From contig CALXSG010000005.1 in the NCBI GenBank assembly GCA_944391075.1, positions 1-60,897 on the forward strand: a DNA stretch of 60,897 nucleotides, in the 5' to 3' direction. Every line of letters starts with the position of its first letter. Position 1 is the stretch's first letter. Under the pieces are notes generated by a model. The model was given only the letters and a program-made list of their open reading frames with translations, was not told where the DNA came from and made no database searches. The translations under genes and the position numbers were made by a program. This document shows positions 31,524 to 42,684 of the stretch, piece after piece. Origin of the DNA: an uncultured Rickettsiales bacterium. GTDB taxonomy: Bacteria > Pseudomonadota > Alphaproteobacteria > Rickettsiales > UBA1997.

Positions 31524-33459
31524 TAGATCCGAAAAAAACCCAATTTTAGGACCTAATAAAAAGAATAGTTGGGAAGAAGTAGCAGCTTTTAATCCTAGTA
31601 TAGCTTTTGATGGTAAAAAATACTATTTATTATATAGGGCTATTTCAAATATTCAAGAAAGACAAGGTTTTCAATTAGAAATATCATCTATTGGCTGTGC
31701 TGATGGTACAACATATGATAGTTTCAAAAATAGACACCAACTAATTAAACCAGAGTTTTATTGGGAGGCATTCGGTTGTGAAGATCCGCGAGTTACAAAA
31801 CTTGATGGCAAATATTATATTTTTTATACGGCACTTTCAACTTATCCATTTTCTGCAAATGGTATTAAAGTCGGTTTAGCTATTACAAAAAATTTTAAGA
31901 AAATTGAAGAAAAACATTTAGTTACACCATTCAATTCAAAGGCTATGGCATTATTTCCAGAAAAAATTAATGGAAAATATGTTGCGATTTTGACAGTTGA
32001 TACCGATAATCCACCATCAAAAATTGCATTAGCTTTTTTTGATAAAGAAGAAGATATATGGGATCAAGGTTTGTGGGAAGAATTTTATTGTAATTTAACT
32101 TCTCATATTATTCCACTTCTTAGAAGTAAAAATGATCACATAGAAGTTGGTGCTCAACCTATTAAGACAGATAAAGGTTGGTTAGTTATTTATTCATATA
32201 TTAAAAATTATTTTTCTGGAAATAAAATTTTTAGTATAGAAGCTGTTTTATTAGATTTAGAAAATCCTTTTAAAATTATTGGAAGAACAAAAGAACCTTT
32301 GCTAGTTCCAGAAGAACCATATGAATTTACTGGAAATATTGCAAATATTGTTTTCCCTTCTAGTGCATTAGTTGAAGGTGATAAATTATTAATTTATTAT
32401 GGTGCTACTGATACAACATCTTGTGTTGCAAGTTGTACTTTATCTAAATTATTAGAAGAAATGATAACACCAGCAGAGCAAAAAGATTTGTTTATAAAAA
32501 GTAAAAATCTTGCTGTTGGTTTTGAAAGATATATTGGTAACCCTATTATTAAACCAATTATTGAATCACCTTGGGAAGCTAGATCTACATTTAATCCGGC
32601 AGCTATATATTTAGATAATAAAGTACATATTTTATATAGAGCATTCTCATATAAAAATAAGTCTGTTATTGGCTATGCATCTACAAAAGATGGTGTACAT
32701 ATTGATGAGAGATTACCAGAACCAATTTATGTTGCTAGAAAAATATTTGAAAAAAGAGCAGCGCCTGATTTATGGTGTGGTTGTGAAGATGCTAGATTAA
32801 CGAGAATAGAAGATACAATCTATATGACTTATACAGCATTTAATGGAAGAATTGCCAGAGTTGCAATGTCTACAATTTCTGTATTTGATTTTATAGAAAA
32901 AAAATGGAATTGGAGTGAACCAGTAGTTATTTCTTCACCAAGCTTTGATGATAAAAATGCTTGTTTCCTTCCAGAAAAAATTGATGGTAAATTTGTAATT
33001 TTCCATAGACCAGAAAATTATATTGGTTTAAATTTTGTAGAAGATTTAAATACATTACAAGAAAAATGGTTAGATAGATCTTTTGCTTTAATTAGACCAA
33101 GAGGTGATAAATGGGACAATAAGAAAATTGGTATTTCCGCTCCACCTATGAAATTAAAAGAAGGTTGGTTATTATTATATCATGGTGTTTCCGATCCAGG
33201 ACATATATATAAAGTGGGTGCTATTTTGTTAGATTTAAAAGATCCTACAAAAGTTCTCGCAAGAACAGATGCTCCATTAATTGAACCAGAAATGGACTAT
33301 GAATTATTTGGAGATGTTCCTAATGTTGTATTCCCATGTGGTGCTGTTATGATAAAAGATGAAGTTTATTTATATTATGGTGGGGCTGATACAGTTGTTG
33401 GGGTTGCAAAAATGAAAGTTAAAGATATTTTGGATCAATTAACAAAAGTAAATGAATAA
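31510..33459 (+). CDS. Protein with two tandem GH130-family domains
   Basis: The motif set occurs twice: GCEDPRVTKLDGKYYIFYTA ... YYGATDTTSCVA, then GCEDARLTRIEDTIYMTYTAFNG ... YYGGADTVVGVA. It overlaps the previous gene by 14 nt. Confidence 0.65.
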   Translation: MVKFSRSEKNPILGPNKKNSWEEVAAFNPSIAFDGKKYYLLYRAISNIQERQGFQLEISSIGCADGTTYDSFKNRHQLIKPEFYWEAFGCEDPRVTKLDGKYYIFYTALSTYPFSANGIKVGLAITKNFKKIEEKHLVTPFNSKAMALFPEKINGKYVAILTVDTDNPPSKIALAFFDKEEDIWDQGLWEEFYCNLTSHIIPLLRSKNDHIEVGAQPIKTDKGWLVIYSYIKNYFSGNKIFSIEAVLLDLENPFKIIGRTKEPLLVPEEPYEFTGNIANIVFPSSALVEGDKLLIYYGATDTTSCVASCTLSKLLEEMITPAEQKDLFIKSKNLAVGFERYIGNPIIKPIIESPWEARSTFNPAAIYLDNKVHILYRAFSYKNKSVIGYASTKDGVHIDERLPEPIYVARKIFEKRAAPDLWCGCEDARLTRIEDTIYMTYTAFNGRIARVAMSTISVFDFIEKKWNWSEPVVISSPSFDDKNACFLPEKIDGKFVIFHRPENYIGLNFVEDLNTLQEKWLDRSFALIRPRGDKWDNKKIGISAPPMKLKEGWLLLYHGVSDPGHIYKVGAILLDLKDPTKVLARTDAPLIEPEMDYELFGDVPNVVFPCGAVMIKDEVYLYYGGADTVVGVAKMKVKDILDQLTKVNE

Positions 33460-33485
33460 TTTTAATTTTTACTTGTTATAAAATT

Positions 33486-33514
33486 AATGCTACTATAATT
33501 AGTAGCATTTTTTA
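33486..33514 (+). terminator. Terminator between the convergent GH130 and fmt genes
   Basis: AATGCTACT-ataatt-AGTAGCATT followed by TTTTT. Confidence 0.65.
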
Positions 33515-33537
33515 TTTTAATAGATTAAATTAATAAA

Positions 33538-34458
33538 TTATTTTTTAAAACCTTTAACAAATTCTGCAACCTCTAATGCTTTTTTGCCTTCTCTTTGTAA
33601 GATTAATGGTTTTAAAAGTCCATCGCTACATTTTATGGATAAATCATTTTTTGTAATTATGATTTCGCCATTTTGCAATTTTTTTTCATTTTCTGTAAGT
33701 GATTTTTGAATTTTAGCTTTTAGAATTTTAATTCTTTCACCATTATATTCAAAATATGTTCCAGTTAATAAACCTATTGCTCTAATTGTATTATAAATTT
33801 TTTCAATAGAATCATTAAAATCAAGTCTACCTTCTTCTTTATCGATTTTTTCAGCATAAACCATACCTTCGCTAGCTTGTGGCGTTGCAGTAATTTTTTT
33901 ATTTTTTTCTATATCATCTAAACATTTTAGCATTAAATTTGCACCTTCTATTGATAATTGATCGTGTAAACTTTCAATATCCATGTCATCATCAATTTTA
34001 ATTTTTTTACAAGCTAATATGTCACCATCATCTAAACCTTCACCTAATACAATAATACATACACCAGTTTCTTTATCGCCAGCCATAATAGCTCTTTGAA
34101 GTGGTGCTGCACCTCTCCATCGTGGCAATAGAGATGGATGAATATTAATGCAACCATATTTTGCAATATTAATAACTTCTTTTGGGAGAATTAAACCATA
34201 TGCAACAACTACAAAAATATCAGCATTAAATTCTTTTAATTTTTCCCATTCTTCGGGTTTTTTTAATGTTTTAGGTGTAAAAACTTTTAAGCCTAATTCA
34301 GTGGCTTTCTCATAAATTGGTGTATTTTGTAATTGCATACCCCTTCCTTGTGGTTTTGCCATTTTTGTATAAACAGCAAGAATTTCATGATTAGAATTAT
34401 TAATTAATTCTAATGTAGGTATAGCAAATTCAGGAGTAGCAAATAAAACTATTTTCAT
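33538..34458 (-). CDS. fmt: Methionyl-tRNA formyltransferase
   Basis: IVLFATPEFAIPTL and HPSLLPRWRGAAPLQRAI. Confidence 0.92.
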   Translation of the reverse strand: MKIVLFATPEFAIPTLELINNSNHEILAVYTKMAKPQGRGMQLQNTPIYEKATELGLKVFTPKTLKKPEEWEKLKEFNADIFVVVAYGLILPKEVINIAKYGCINIHPSLLPRWRGAAPLQRAIMAGDKETGVCIIVLGEGLDDGDILACKKIKIDDDMDIESLHDQLSIEGANLMLKCLDDIEKNKKITATPQASEGMVYAEKIDKEEGRLDFNDSIEKIYNTIRAIGLLTGTYFEYNGERIKILKAKIQKSLTENEKKLQNGEIIITKNDLSIKCSDGLLKPLILQREGKKALEVAEFVKGFKK

Positions 34459-34461
34459 AAA

Positions 34462-35592
34462 TTATCTTTTTTTAGTTGTTATTAATACAGAGTTGCTAAT
34501 TATTTGGTCTCCTTCTTTTAAATCATCACATTCTATTTCGATTTGTGTTAAGTCAGATAAACCAACCTTAGCTTGAACTGGAACGACCGTATTGCCAACT
34601 AATTTATATAAAATAATTTTTCCTTTTTCTCTTTCAGGTTTTTTTACACCCATGATTTCTAATAATCTTGCATCAGGGTTAAATCTAAGTGAAACGGTAC
34701 TAATCTTTTTTACATTTGTCACTTCACCAATAGGAATTGTAACATAAGCCGTCATACCTGGCATTAACAATTTATCTTCATTGAATATTTCAATAATTAC
34801 ATTATATACAACAACATTAGATTCGGTAACAGGATTTAATCTTATTTGTTTTACTTTTCCTTCAAATATTTTTGATGGGTAAGAATCTACTGTAAACTCA
34901 ACATCTTGTCCAACTTTAATTGAACCAATATCAGCTTCGGACACACTAGTTTCTATTTGCATTTTAGTTAAATCTTCTGCTATTTGAAATAATGTTGGGG
35001 CAGAAAAACTAGATGCAACTGTTTGTCCTATATCAACTTCTCTTGAAATAACAACACCAGAAACAGGAGAATCAATATATGCATAGCCTAAATTAATTTT
35101 AGCTACATCATATTTTGATTTTGCAATATTATATTCTTCTTTTGCATTTTTTAGTTCAGTTTCAGCTTGGTCTAATTCAACTTTTGCAATGTAATTGTTT
35201 TTAAATAATTCTTTTGTTCTTTCATAATTTAATTGTACTAAATCTAAATTAGCTTTTGTTTTTTTCATACTAGATTCAGCTTCATTTACAGATCTAGTTA
35301 AAATTGATGTATCTAATTCTGCTAATCTTTGTCCTTTTTTCACAACATCATTATAATCAACATATATTTTTTCAATAGTACCTGATACTTGTGTACCTAC
35401 ATTAATAACATTTACTGGATTAATTGTACCATTAGCAGTAATTGTCTTTGTAATATCACCAATACTAACTGTATCTAAATCAAAATCTTTGATATTAAAT
35501 TGACTTTTTGTTGGTTTTAATAATAAATACATACCAACTAAAACAATTAATGCTATAATAATTACTTTCTTTTTTGTTATTTTCATTTTCAT
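34462..35592 (-). CDS. Efflux periplasmic adaptor (HlyD/MacA-type membrane fusion protein)
   Basis: N-terminal anchor, lipoyl-like halves flanking a coiled-coil hairpin, and adjacency to the TolC-like gene. Confidence 0.7.
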   Translation of the reverse strand: MKMKITKKKVIIIALIVLVGMYLLLKPTKSQFNIKDFDLDTVSIGDITKTITANGTINPVNVINVGTQVSGTIEKIYVDYNDVVKKGQRLAELDTSILTRSVNEAESSMKKTKANLDLVQLNYERTKELFKNNYIAKVELDQAETELKNAKEEYNIAKSKYDVAKINLGYAYIDSPVSGVVISREVDIGQTVASSFSAPTLFQIAEDLTKMQIETSVSEADIGSIKVGQDVEFTVDSYPSKIFEGKVKQIRLNPVTESNVVVYNVIIEIFNEDKLLMPGMTAYVTIPIGEVTNVKKISTVSLRFNPDARLLEIMGVKKPEREKGKIILYKLVGNTVVPVQAKVGLSDLTQIEIECDDLKEGDQIISNSVLITTKKR

Positions 35593-35604
35593 TTTCTTAC
35601 CATT

Positions 35605-37008
35605 TTATTTTTTATTATCATTAGTTTGAATATCTGGATTAGAAATACCATCTAAGTTTGAGGCATTTGTAATATTTTCAATTTCTTCTAAACTCATTTG
35701 TCCAATAGCTCTTACTAAATTAGCTCTTGTTGTAAACCAATTATGTTGAGCACTAATATGTTCATATCTAGCAGAAGCTAAATCGCTTTGTGCATTTAAT
35801 AAATCTAAAATTGATGATTTACCATTTTTATATCTTCCTAACATTGTTTTTTCAGTTTCTGTTGCACTTTTTAATAGTGTTTCACTGGTAATATATGTTC
35901 TTTTTGCTGTCATAAAATCTTGATATGCTGTCCATACATCTAGTTGAATATTTTTTTCTAAATCGTTAATTTGTTGATTTACTATATTCAATTCAGCTTT
36001 TGTTTTTGCAACATTATTATAAATATAACCACCTGTAAAGAAAGGCATACTTGCAGTAATACCAATATTATAATTATCTCTAAAAGGTTCATTATCATTT
36101 TTATAATCGTGTGCCCTACCATATGATGCATTTAAAGAAATTGATGGTAACCAATCACTAGCTGTACTATAAATTTCAGCTTTTTTTGCCTTTTTTGTTT
36201 CATAATATGCTTTTAAGTCTGGCCTATTATTTAAAGCTGTTTCAATCAAATTTACAATATTAGCTTCAAAATCATCTTTTGATACATCCATAAAAGGAGC
36301 CTCTAAATTTAGTTCATTTAATGGACTTAAATTCAATAAATAATTTAATTCAGCTTGTTTTATTTTTACTGTATTTTCAGCTTTTTCTCTAATTAATCTT
36401 TTTTGTGTATATGAAGTTTCAGCTTGTAATTTATCAGTTAATGGAGCTAAACCAATATCATATCTAATACTTGCAGCCTTATATGCTTCATAGCTTGAAT
36501 TTTCAGCTTCTTTTGCAGCTTTTTCATTAGCAAGTGAAGAAAATAAACCATAATATGCAGAAATAACTTGATAAATAAATGTTTGTATAAAACTATTTGT
36601 ATTATATTGCACTGCATTTAATTTATATTTAAAATTTAAAGTATCAGCAGTTCTGCCACCAAAGTCAAATAGTAAATAACTTAAACTAACACTAGGAGTT
36701 AAAGTTTCATTTTTTGTTGAACTAATACTGTCTTCATATTTGTTTTTTCCATTAGAATAACTCACTTGTCCATTAATATCTGGCAAATAGTTTGATAATT
36801 GTGCCTTGTATGAACTATTACTAACATTAATATTAAGCCAAGCTTCCTTCACTTGCGGGTTGTTAGTTAAAGCCATATCAATAACATCTATTAATGTTAA
36901 TTTTTTATTTTCATTTAATTTTTTAATTAATTCTGTTTCCTCAGCACGTAAATTCACACATGCAAAAAATAAAATAAATATATAATTTGCTATAATTTTT
37001 ATTTTCAT
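35605..37008 (-). CDS. TolC-family outer-membrane efflux protein
   Basis: Signal peptide and two internally repeated helical/beta halves typical of the OEP family. Confidence 0.7.
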   Translation of the reverse strand: MKIKIIANYIFILFFACVNLRAEETELIKKLNENKKLTLIDVIDMALTNNPQVKEAWLNINVSNSSYKAQLSNYLPDINGQVSYSNGKNKYEDSISSTKNETLTPSVSLSYLLFDFGGRTADTLNFKYKLNAVQYNTNSFIQTFIYQVISAYYGLFSSLANEKAAKEAENSSYEAYKAASIRYDIGLAPLTDKLQAETSYTQKRLIREKAENTVKIKQAELNYLLNLSPLNELNLEAPFMDVSKDDFEANIVNLIETALNNRPDLKAYYETKKAKKAEIYSTASDWLPSISLNASYGRAHDYKNDNEPFRDNYNIGITASMPFFTGGYIYNNVAKTKAELNIVNQQINDLEKNIQLDVWTAYQDFMTAKRTYITSETLLKSATETEKTMLGRYKNGKSSILDLLNAQSDLASARYEHISAQHNWFTTRANLVRAIGQMSLEEIENITNASNLDGISNPDIQTNDNKK

Positions 37009-37078
37009 ATAATCTTTTTATTCAACATATTATTAGTATTTTAAAATATTTTGTACAAAAGTAAATTATTTTTTACTA

Positions 37079-39820
37079 TTATTGCACCTGTTTTATTGTA
37101 TTTATGTAATCATCAATTTGTTGATAATTTACACTTGCTTTTAAACCAGATTTTACATTACCATTAATAGAAATTGGCAAAGTTAAATTAACTGTATTAT
37201 TTAAAGTTCCAACTAGCATAATAAAATTAGCATATGCATTTAAATATTTATCGTCCTTCAAGAATTCAAACTTGCCTGTAATTTTTCCATTAATTAGAGG
37301 TCTTGAAACATCTAAATCTATTTGTCCCCTTCCACCAATATATTGAATATTTCCAGATAAATTATTAAAAATTGTTTTATATCTATTATTCATTAAAATA
37401 GCATTAGTATCTAAAGAATTTGCCAATTCAGGAGATATATTTAACTTTAATATAGATGCATTTAATTCTTCTAAACCTAAATTTCTTACCTCTATACCGC
37501 TTCCTATAATTTGTGTTTTTACAATATAATTATTCAAAAAAGCATTTAATGTATTACCATTGCTATATAATACTGAACTAAAACCAACTAAACCACTAAT
37601 ATTATTTTCATTAGTAAACAAATATACTGTTTCACCTAAATCTGCTGTACAAGCATTAAATACTAAATTAATTTTTCTATTTAAATTTAAATCTAAGAAA
37701 CCAGTAATATTGCATTTTCCGCCAAAACCATCTACCGTAAATTTATCAAAAGTAAATACTCCATTCTTTAATGTAGCCATTATAAAAAATTCATTAAGTG
37801 TTGATTCTTTATATTTTGAATTTTTACCATTAATAGCAAGCTGACCATTAAAACTATTAAAAGTTGGAATATCAAATAACAATTTATTAAATGACACTCC
37901 ATCTTTAAATACATGGTTTTCAACATTTAAATTCATATTAAATGTTGGGGTTAACTGTCTTATATCAAAATTGATATTACCAATAATTTCATTATTAAGA
38001 TTAATATTATTGATATTTAATATACCTTGTGAAGTTTGTACAATAAAGCTATAATTATGTCTTAATAAATCCTTATACTTCAAATTAACAATATTAAATT
38101 TTAAGAATGAATTAAGTGAAAATTCATTTAAAAATAACATTTTATTTTTTAATGAACCGCCATCATATTGAATAATATTTTCTTTTGTTTTATTATTAAT
38201 AAGATTATCTAATATAATATTATTAATATTACTATTAACTGCTATATATGATATTCCATTATTCAAAGCTATTTCTACAGTATTTATAGTTTCAAAACTA
38301 TTTGTATTAAATTTTACATTATTAAGAAAGACTTTATTTTTTATTATATCAATCGAGCCAGTAGCTGTAAATTTTTCATTATTTTGGTCTATTATATATT
38401 TTGTATTATTTAAAAAATTCCAAAATTCTTTTAAATTATTGCCAGAAATTGCAAATACAGTTTTATTTTCTTGATTATTTTGTATTAATAACTTTGTTTC
38501 ACCAGGTAATACACCAGAAATATTACTTACATTAAAATCATAATTTCCAGAATATGCAAAATTTAATGTTATATTTAATAAATTAGAACGATTAAGAAAA
38601 GCATTTTTAATAGATATATTAAAAGTGTTTTTATTTTTATGAAATAATTGTTGCAAATATGATTCAGGTTCATTCTTTGTTGAAAATTCAACATTTTTAC
38701 CAGAGAATATAAAAATATTATCTTCTGTCATATTAATAGAAGATTTATTTATGAAATTTTTTGTAATCAAATTATCAATATTAATAGATTCAATATTAAA
38801 ATTGAATTTATTTTCTTTATTTTCAACAAAATTAATTATAGAATTTCCAACACCAACTAAATTATTACCTTTAAAAGTAATATCGTTAATATTAAGAACT
38901 TTATTTATATAATTAAAAGTTAAGTGTCCGTCTAGACCAGCATTATCTATAACTCTTTGATATAGAAAATTCTTAGAATCGAAAAAAGTTTTAGCAAATA
39001 TTTGTAAATTAACTATATCAAAATTAATACGTCCATCTATTTTTTTAGTTTCTCTAACATATTTTGAATCTGTCTTTATATTAAAAGCTTGAGAAAATAA
39101 ATTTAATTTTAATCTATCTTCTTTTTTCCATTTTTGCCATGTTAAATCTATACCTAAAGGTTGTTTATTTGTTATAAAAGTACCAAAAACTTCAACTCTA
39201 TTCTCGTTAAATACATTTAATAAGTTAATATTATTTAATTCTCTTGTAATTGTATTATTTTTTATTTGAATATTATTATTAGTTATTTGAAGCTCGATAT
39301 TGTTTTTTGATAACATTTTACTAGAAAATAAGTCAATAATTTTATCAATATTATTTATATTATTAGTATTTTCAAATTCTGTAACATTAAAATTACCATC
39401 TATTATCTCAATTTTCTTAACAACTATTTTACCGGTAAAAATATGTAGAGATGATATATGCAATTTAGTTTGTTTTATATCAAAATCTATTTTATAATTA
39501 TTTTTTACTAAATTAGTAGACTTTATATTATTAATGATAATATATGGTTTAAAAAATGCTTTGAATGAAACATTGCCAGATATTGTAAAAGTCGGCTTAT
39601 TATCAGCATCACCTTTTATTGTTTCTTGAAGAGAAGTATTAAATGTATTTCTTAAACTATTTGTATTTACCATTAAATTTAATAATAATATCCACAAAAT
39701 ATAAATACATACTAATGAAGCTATCGGAATAACAATTTTTTTCCAATCTATTCTAGTATGAATTGGAACTACATCATCTTCTAAAATTTCTTTGCTAGTC
39801 CTAAAATTATTTTTTTCCAT
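37079..39820 (-). CDS. Large Asn-rich envelope protein, AsmA-like (tentative)
   Basis: A single N-terminal TM segment followed by ~850 aa that look beta-rich and repetitive. The position upstream of tolC and next to murG fits the AsmA-family context. Confidence 0.35.
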   Translation of the reverse strand: MEKNNFRTSKEILEDDVVPIHTRIDWKKIVIPIASLVCIYILWILLLNLMVNTNSLRNTFNTSLQETIKGDADNKPTFTISGNVSFKAFFKPYIIINNIKSTNLVKNNYKIDFDIKQTKLHISSLHIFTGKIVVKKIEIIDGNFNVTEFENTNNINNIDKIIDLFSSKMLSKNNIELQITNNNIQIKNNTITRELNNINLLNVFNENRVEVFGTFITNKQPLGIDLTWQKWKKEDRLKLNLFSQAFNIKTDSKYVRETKKIDGRINFDIVNLQIFAKTFFDSKNFLYQRVIDNAGLDGHLTFNYINKVLNINDITFKGNNLVGVGNSIINFVENKENKFNFNIESINIDNLITKNFINKSSINMTEDNIFIFSGKNVEFSTKNEPESYLQQLFHKNKNTFNISIKNAFLNRSNLLNITLNFAYSGNYDFNVSNISGVLPGETKLLIQNNQENKTVFAISGNNLKEFWNFLNNTKYIIDQNNEKFTATGSIDIIKNKVFLNNVKFNTNSFETINTVEIALNNGISYIAVNSNINNIILDNLINNKTKENIIQYDGGSLKNKMLFLNEFSLNSFLKFNIVNLKYKDLLRHNYSFIVQTSQGILNINNINLNNEIIGNINFDIRQLTPTFNMNLNVENHVFKDGVSFNKLLFDIPTFNSFNGQLAINGKNSKYKESTLNEFFIMATLKNGVFTFDKFTVDGFGGKCNITGFLDLNLNRKINLVFNACTADLGETVYLFTNENNISGLVGFSSVLYSNGNTLNAFLNNYIVKTQIIGSGIEVRNLGLEELNASILKLNISPELANSLDTNAILMNNRYKTIFNNLSGNIQYIGGRGQIDLDVSRPLINGKITGKFEFLKDDKYLNAYANFIMLVGTLNNTVNLTLPISINGNVKSGLKASVNYQQIDDYINTIKQVQ

Positions 39821-40907
39821 ACCTTATAATTTCATTAATAATTTTTACTATATTTTTATCGGCATTTTTATTTGCCATTTTTTTAATATTTTTTGATAAA
39901 TTTAATAATTTTTCCTGATTTTGAATTAAACTAAAAAATATATTTTGAAAATCTTGTATATTAAAATCTTTTTCTAAAATCTTTATTATTGCATTATTAT
40001 TTTCAAACACACTTGCATTAATTTCTTGATGATTATTAGCTGAATTTATCAATGGTATAATAATACTTGGTTTTCCAGCCATAGCAGTTTCAAATAGTGT
40101 ATTACTTCCTGCACGACCAATAACAAGATGAGCTTTTACTAATAATTCATCCATATTATTAAAAAATGTAGATACACTGGCTTCTAAATTGATTTTTCTA
40201 TAATAATCTTTTACTGTATTTAAATATTCCTCTCTAACTTGATGATATACTTTTATATGTTTTTGAATATCTTTATGCTGCTCATCAAATATTTTAGGTA
40301 AATATTCACTAAATATTTTAGCACCACCACTTCCGCCAGTAATTAAAACTATAAATTTTTCATTTTCTTCTGGTAACTTATATTCTAATTCATATAAGTT
40401 TTTTAATTCTTTTCTAATAGGAAGTCCTGTATATGTTGTTTTATTCATGTCATTAAAATTAATGCCATACATCTCATAATAACTTGTCATCATTTTCTGC
40501 GCATACTTACAAAACAATTTATTGATTTTTCCTATATATGCATTTTGTTCATGTAATATAAATGGAGTTTTTGTATAATAACAAGCCATTAAAGTTGGTA
40601 GTGTTGCATAACTTCCAAAGCCAATAACTAAATCAGGTTTTTCTTGTTTTATTAATTTTTTTGCTTGAAAGAAACCTTTAATAATGTTAATTATATCTTC
40701 TAACTTTTTTAATGTTTTTCCGGCTTTAATTATTCTATGATTTAAATTATTTGATGAATATTTTTTATATACATCATCGGCAAGTATACATATATTGTTT
40801 CCATCAACTGTAAGTGTTTCAGCTACAGCAATAGCTGGAAATATATGTCCACCGGATCCCCCAGTTGCCAAAAAAATTTTTAATTTATCTTTACTATCTA
40901 TATTCAT
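39807..40907 (-). CDS. murG: UDP-N-acetylglucosamine--N-acetylmuramyl-(pentapeptide) pyrophosphoryl-undecaprenol GlcNAc transferase
   Basis: GGSGGHIFPAIAVAE G-loop and a second GGSGGA loop. Confidence 0.9.
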   Translation of the reverse strand: MNIDSKDKLKIFLATGGSGGHIFPAIAVAETLTVDGNNICILADDVYKKYSSNNLNHRIIKAGKTLKKLEDIINIIKGFFQAKKLIKQEKPDLVIGFGSYATLPTLMACYYTKTPFILHEQNAYIGKINKLFCKYAQKMMTSYYEMYGINFNDMNKTTYTGLPIRKELKNLYELEYKLPEENEKFIVLITGGSGGAKIFSEYLPKIFDEQHKDIQKHIKVYHQVREEYLNTVKDYYRKINLEASVSTFFNNMDELLVKAHLVIGRAGSNTLFETAMAGKPSIIIPLINSANNHQEINASVFENNNAIIKILEKDFNIQDFQNIFFSLIQNQEKLLNLSKNIKKMANKNADKNIVKIINEIIRYGKK

Positions 40908-41276
40908 TTAATCAACCCAAGCATTTTTAATATGTTGTACTCTTAAAAAATTATATACTAAAATAACATCTACTCTTGAATTAAAATTAGAATATACTTC
41001 GTTTTTATTCAAGAAAATTTTTAAACTATTTAAAATTCTAACAAATTGTTTTCTTGAAACCACTTCACCTATTTGTAAATTTTTATTTTTTCTAGCTTTT
41101 ACTTCAACAGCAATAATGTTATTACCCTTTTTAAAAATTAAATCAATTTCTCCAAGTTTTGTTTTATATCTATGTTCTAATATTTTATAACCTTTAAAGA
41201 ATAATAAAAATATAACATAATATTCAGCCAATAACCCAAAAAAATATGACTTCTGTTTTTTATTTTTCATTTTCAT
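40908..41276 (-). CDS. yraN: YraN-family (UPF0102) endonuclease-like protein
   Basis: GEIDLIFKKGNNIIAVEVKARKN core. Confidence 0.8.
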   Translation of the reverse strand: MKMKNKKQKSYFFGLLAEYYVIFLLFFKGYKILEHRYKTKLGEIDLIFKKGNNIIAVEVKARKNKNLQIGEVVSRKQFVRILNSLKIFLNKNEVYSNFNSRVDVILVYNFLRVQHIKNAWVD

Positions 41277-41538
41277 AATTTTTATAATAAAATAATAATA
41301 GTTTTAATCTTATAAAATTCAATTATTTTTATTTAATTAAAATATATTTTATTAAATTTTCTTATCTTTTTATTTTTCAATACTTTATTTATTGTTTATA
41401 TGTATACTAAAAATTGTATATTTTTTTATGAATTTTAAATATATATCAATGGTTGAATAATTGTATTTTTTAATCTTTTTGTTGTTTTTTATATTTTATC
41501 AAATATTATAATGATAGAAACTTTATTTATAAATAAAA

Positions 41539-42684
41539 ATGTTATCAAAAAGTGACTATAATATTTTAAAATTAATTAGAAGTAAAAATGTTGGTGCATC
41601 AACATTTTTTAAAATATTAAATTTTTTTGGAAATTGTGAAAATGCCATTGAAAATATAGATGAATTTAATAAAAAATACAAAAATAAAAAACCTATAATT
41701 CTAGCAAGTGATAAAGATATTGAAAAAGAAATTGTCGGTTGCTCTACGATTGGTGCAAAAATAATTACATATCAAAATAATATATATCCTAAACTATTAA
41801 AAAATATTTATACATTTCCACCAGTACTTACTGCACTTGGTAATATAGATTTATTTAACAAAAAATCAATTTCAATTGTTGGTTCAAGAAATGCATCTTC
41901 TAACGGAAGAGCATTTGCAAAAAAAATGGCTGAGGAGTTGGGTGAAACTGGTTATGTTATCACTTCTGGTTTTGCTAGCGGTATAGACACAGCATCACAT
42001 TGGGGTGCATTAAATACAGGAACTATTGCTGTTTTAGGTGGTGGCGTTGATAATATATATCCACGGGGCAATGAAGATTTATATTATGAAATTAAAAATA
42101 AAGGTTTAATAATTTCAGAAAATCCTTTTAATTCGGCACCAAAAGCTGAAAATTTTCCTTCTAGAAATAGAATCGTTTCCGGTTTATCAGAGGGAGTTAT
42201 TATAATTGAAGCTAGTGCTAGATCGGGAACATTACACACAGCTAGACAGGCATTAGAACAAGGTAGAGAATTAATGGTTGCACCTGGAAATCCTTATGAT
42301 TATAGATGCGAAGGTTCTAATAAACTTATAAAAGATGGCGCCAATCCAATTACTAGTTCAGAAGACGTTTTATATTTACTTGAAAATTTTTCTCTTAAAG
42401 ATAATAGCAGTGGTTTAAGTTTAAATGATAGACAAAATTTTGATAACGAAGATGAATATGAAATTGATTTAAAAAACCAAGAAGAAAACGAATTATTGGA
42501 TGATGATGAAAAATTATCAATTAAAGAAAAGATTATTTCAAGATTAAATCACACTCCAATAAACATTGAAGATTTTAGTATAGATTTAAATATCCCAATT
42601 CATATTTTAAATTCCCAATTAATAGAATTAGAATTGGACGGCAAAGTTGTTGTTGAAAATGGTTGTGTTAGTATAAAAAATTAA
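41539..42684 (+). CDS. dprA: DNA-processing protein DprA
   Basis: VGSRNASSNG......SGFASGIDTASH Rossmann core and a C-terminal wHTH-like tail. Confidence 0.9.
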   Translation: MLSKSDYNILKLIRSKNVGASTFFKILNFFGNCENAIENIDEFNKKYKNKKPIILASDKDIEKEIVGCSTIGAKIITYQNNIYPKLLKNIYTFPPVLTALGNIDLFNKKSISIVGSRNASSNGRAFAKKMAEELGETGYVITSGFASGIDTASHWGALNTGTIAVLGGGVDNIYPRGNEDLYYEIKNKGLIISENPFNSAPKAENFPSRNRIVSGLSEGVIIIEASARSGTLHTARQALEQGRELMVAPGNPYDYRCEGSNKLIKDGANPITSSEDVLYLLENFSLKDNSSGLSLNDRQNFDNEDEYEIDLKNQEENELLDDDEKLSIKEKIISRLNHTPINIEDFSIDLNIPIHILNSQLIELELDGKVVVENGCVSIKN

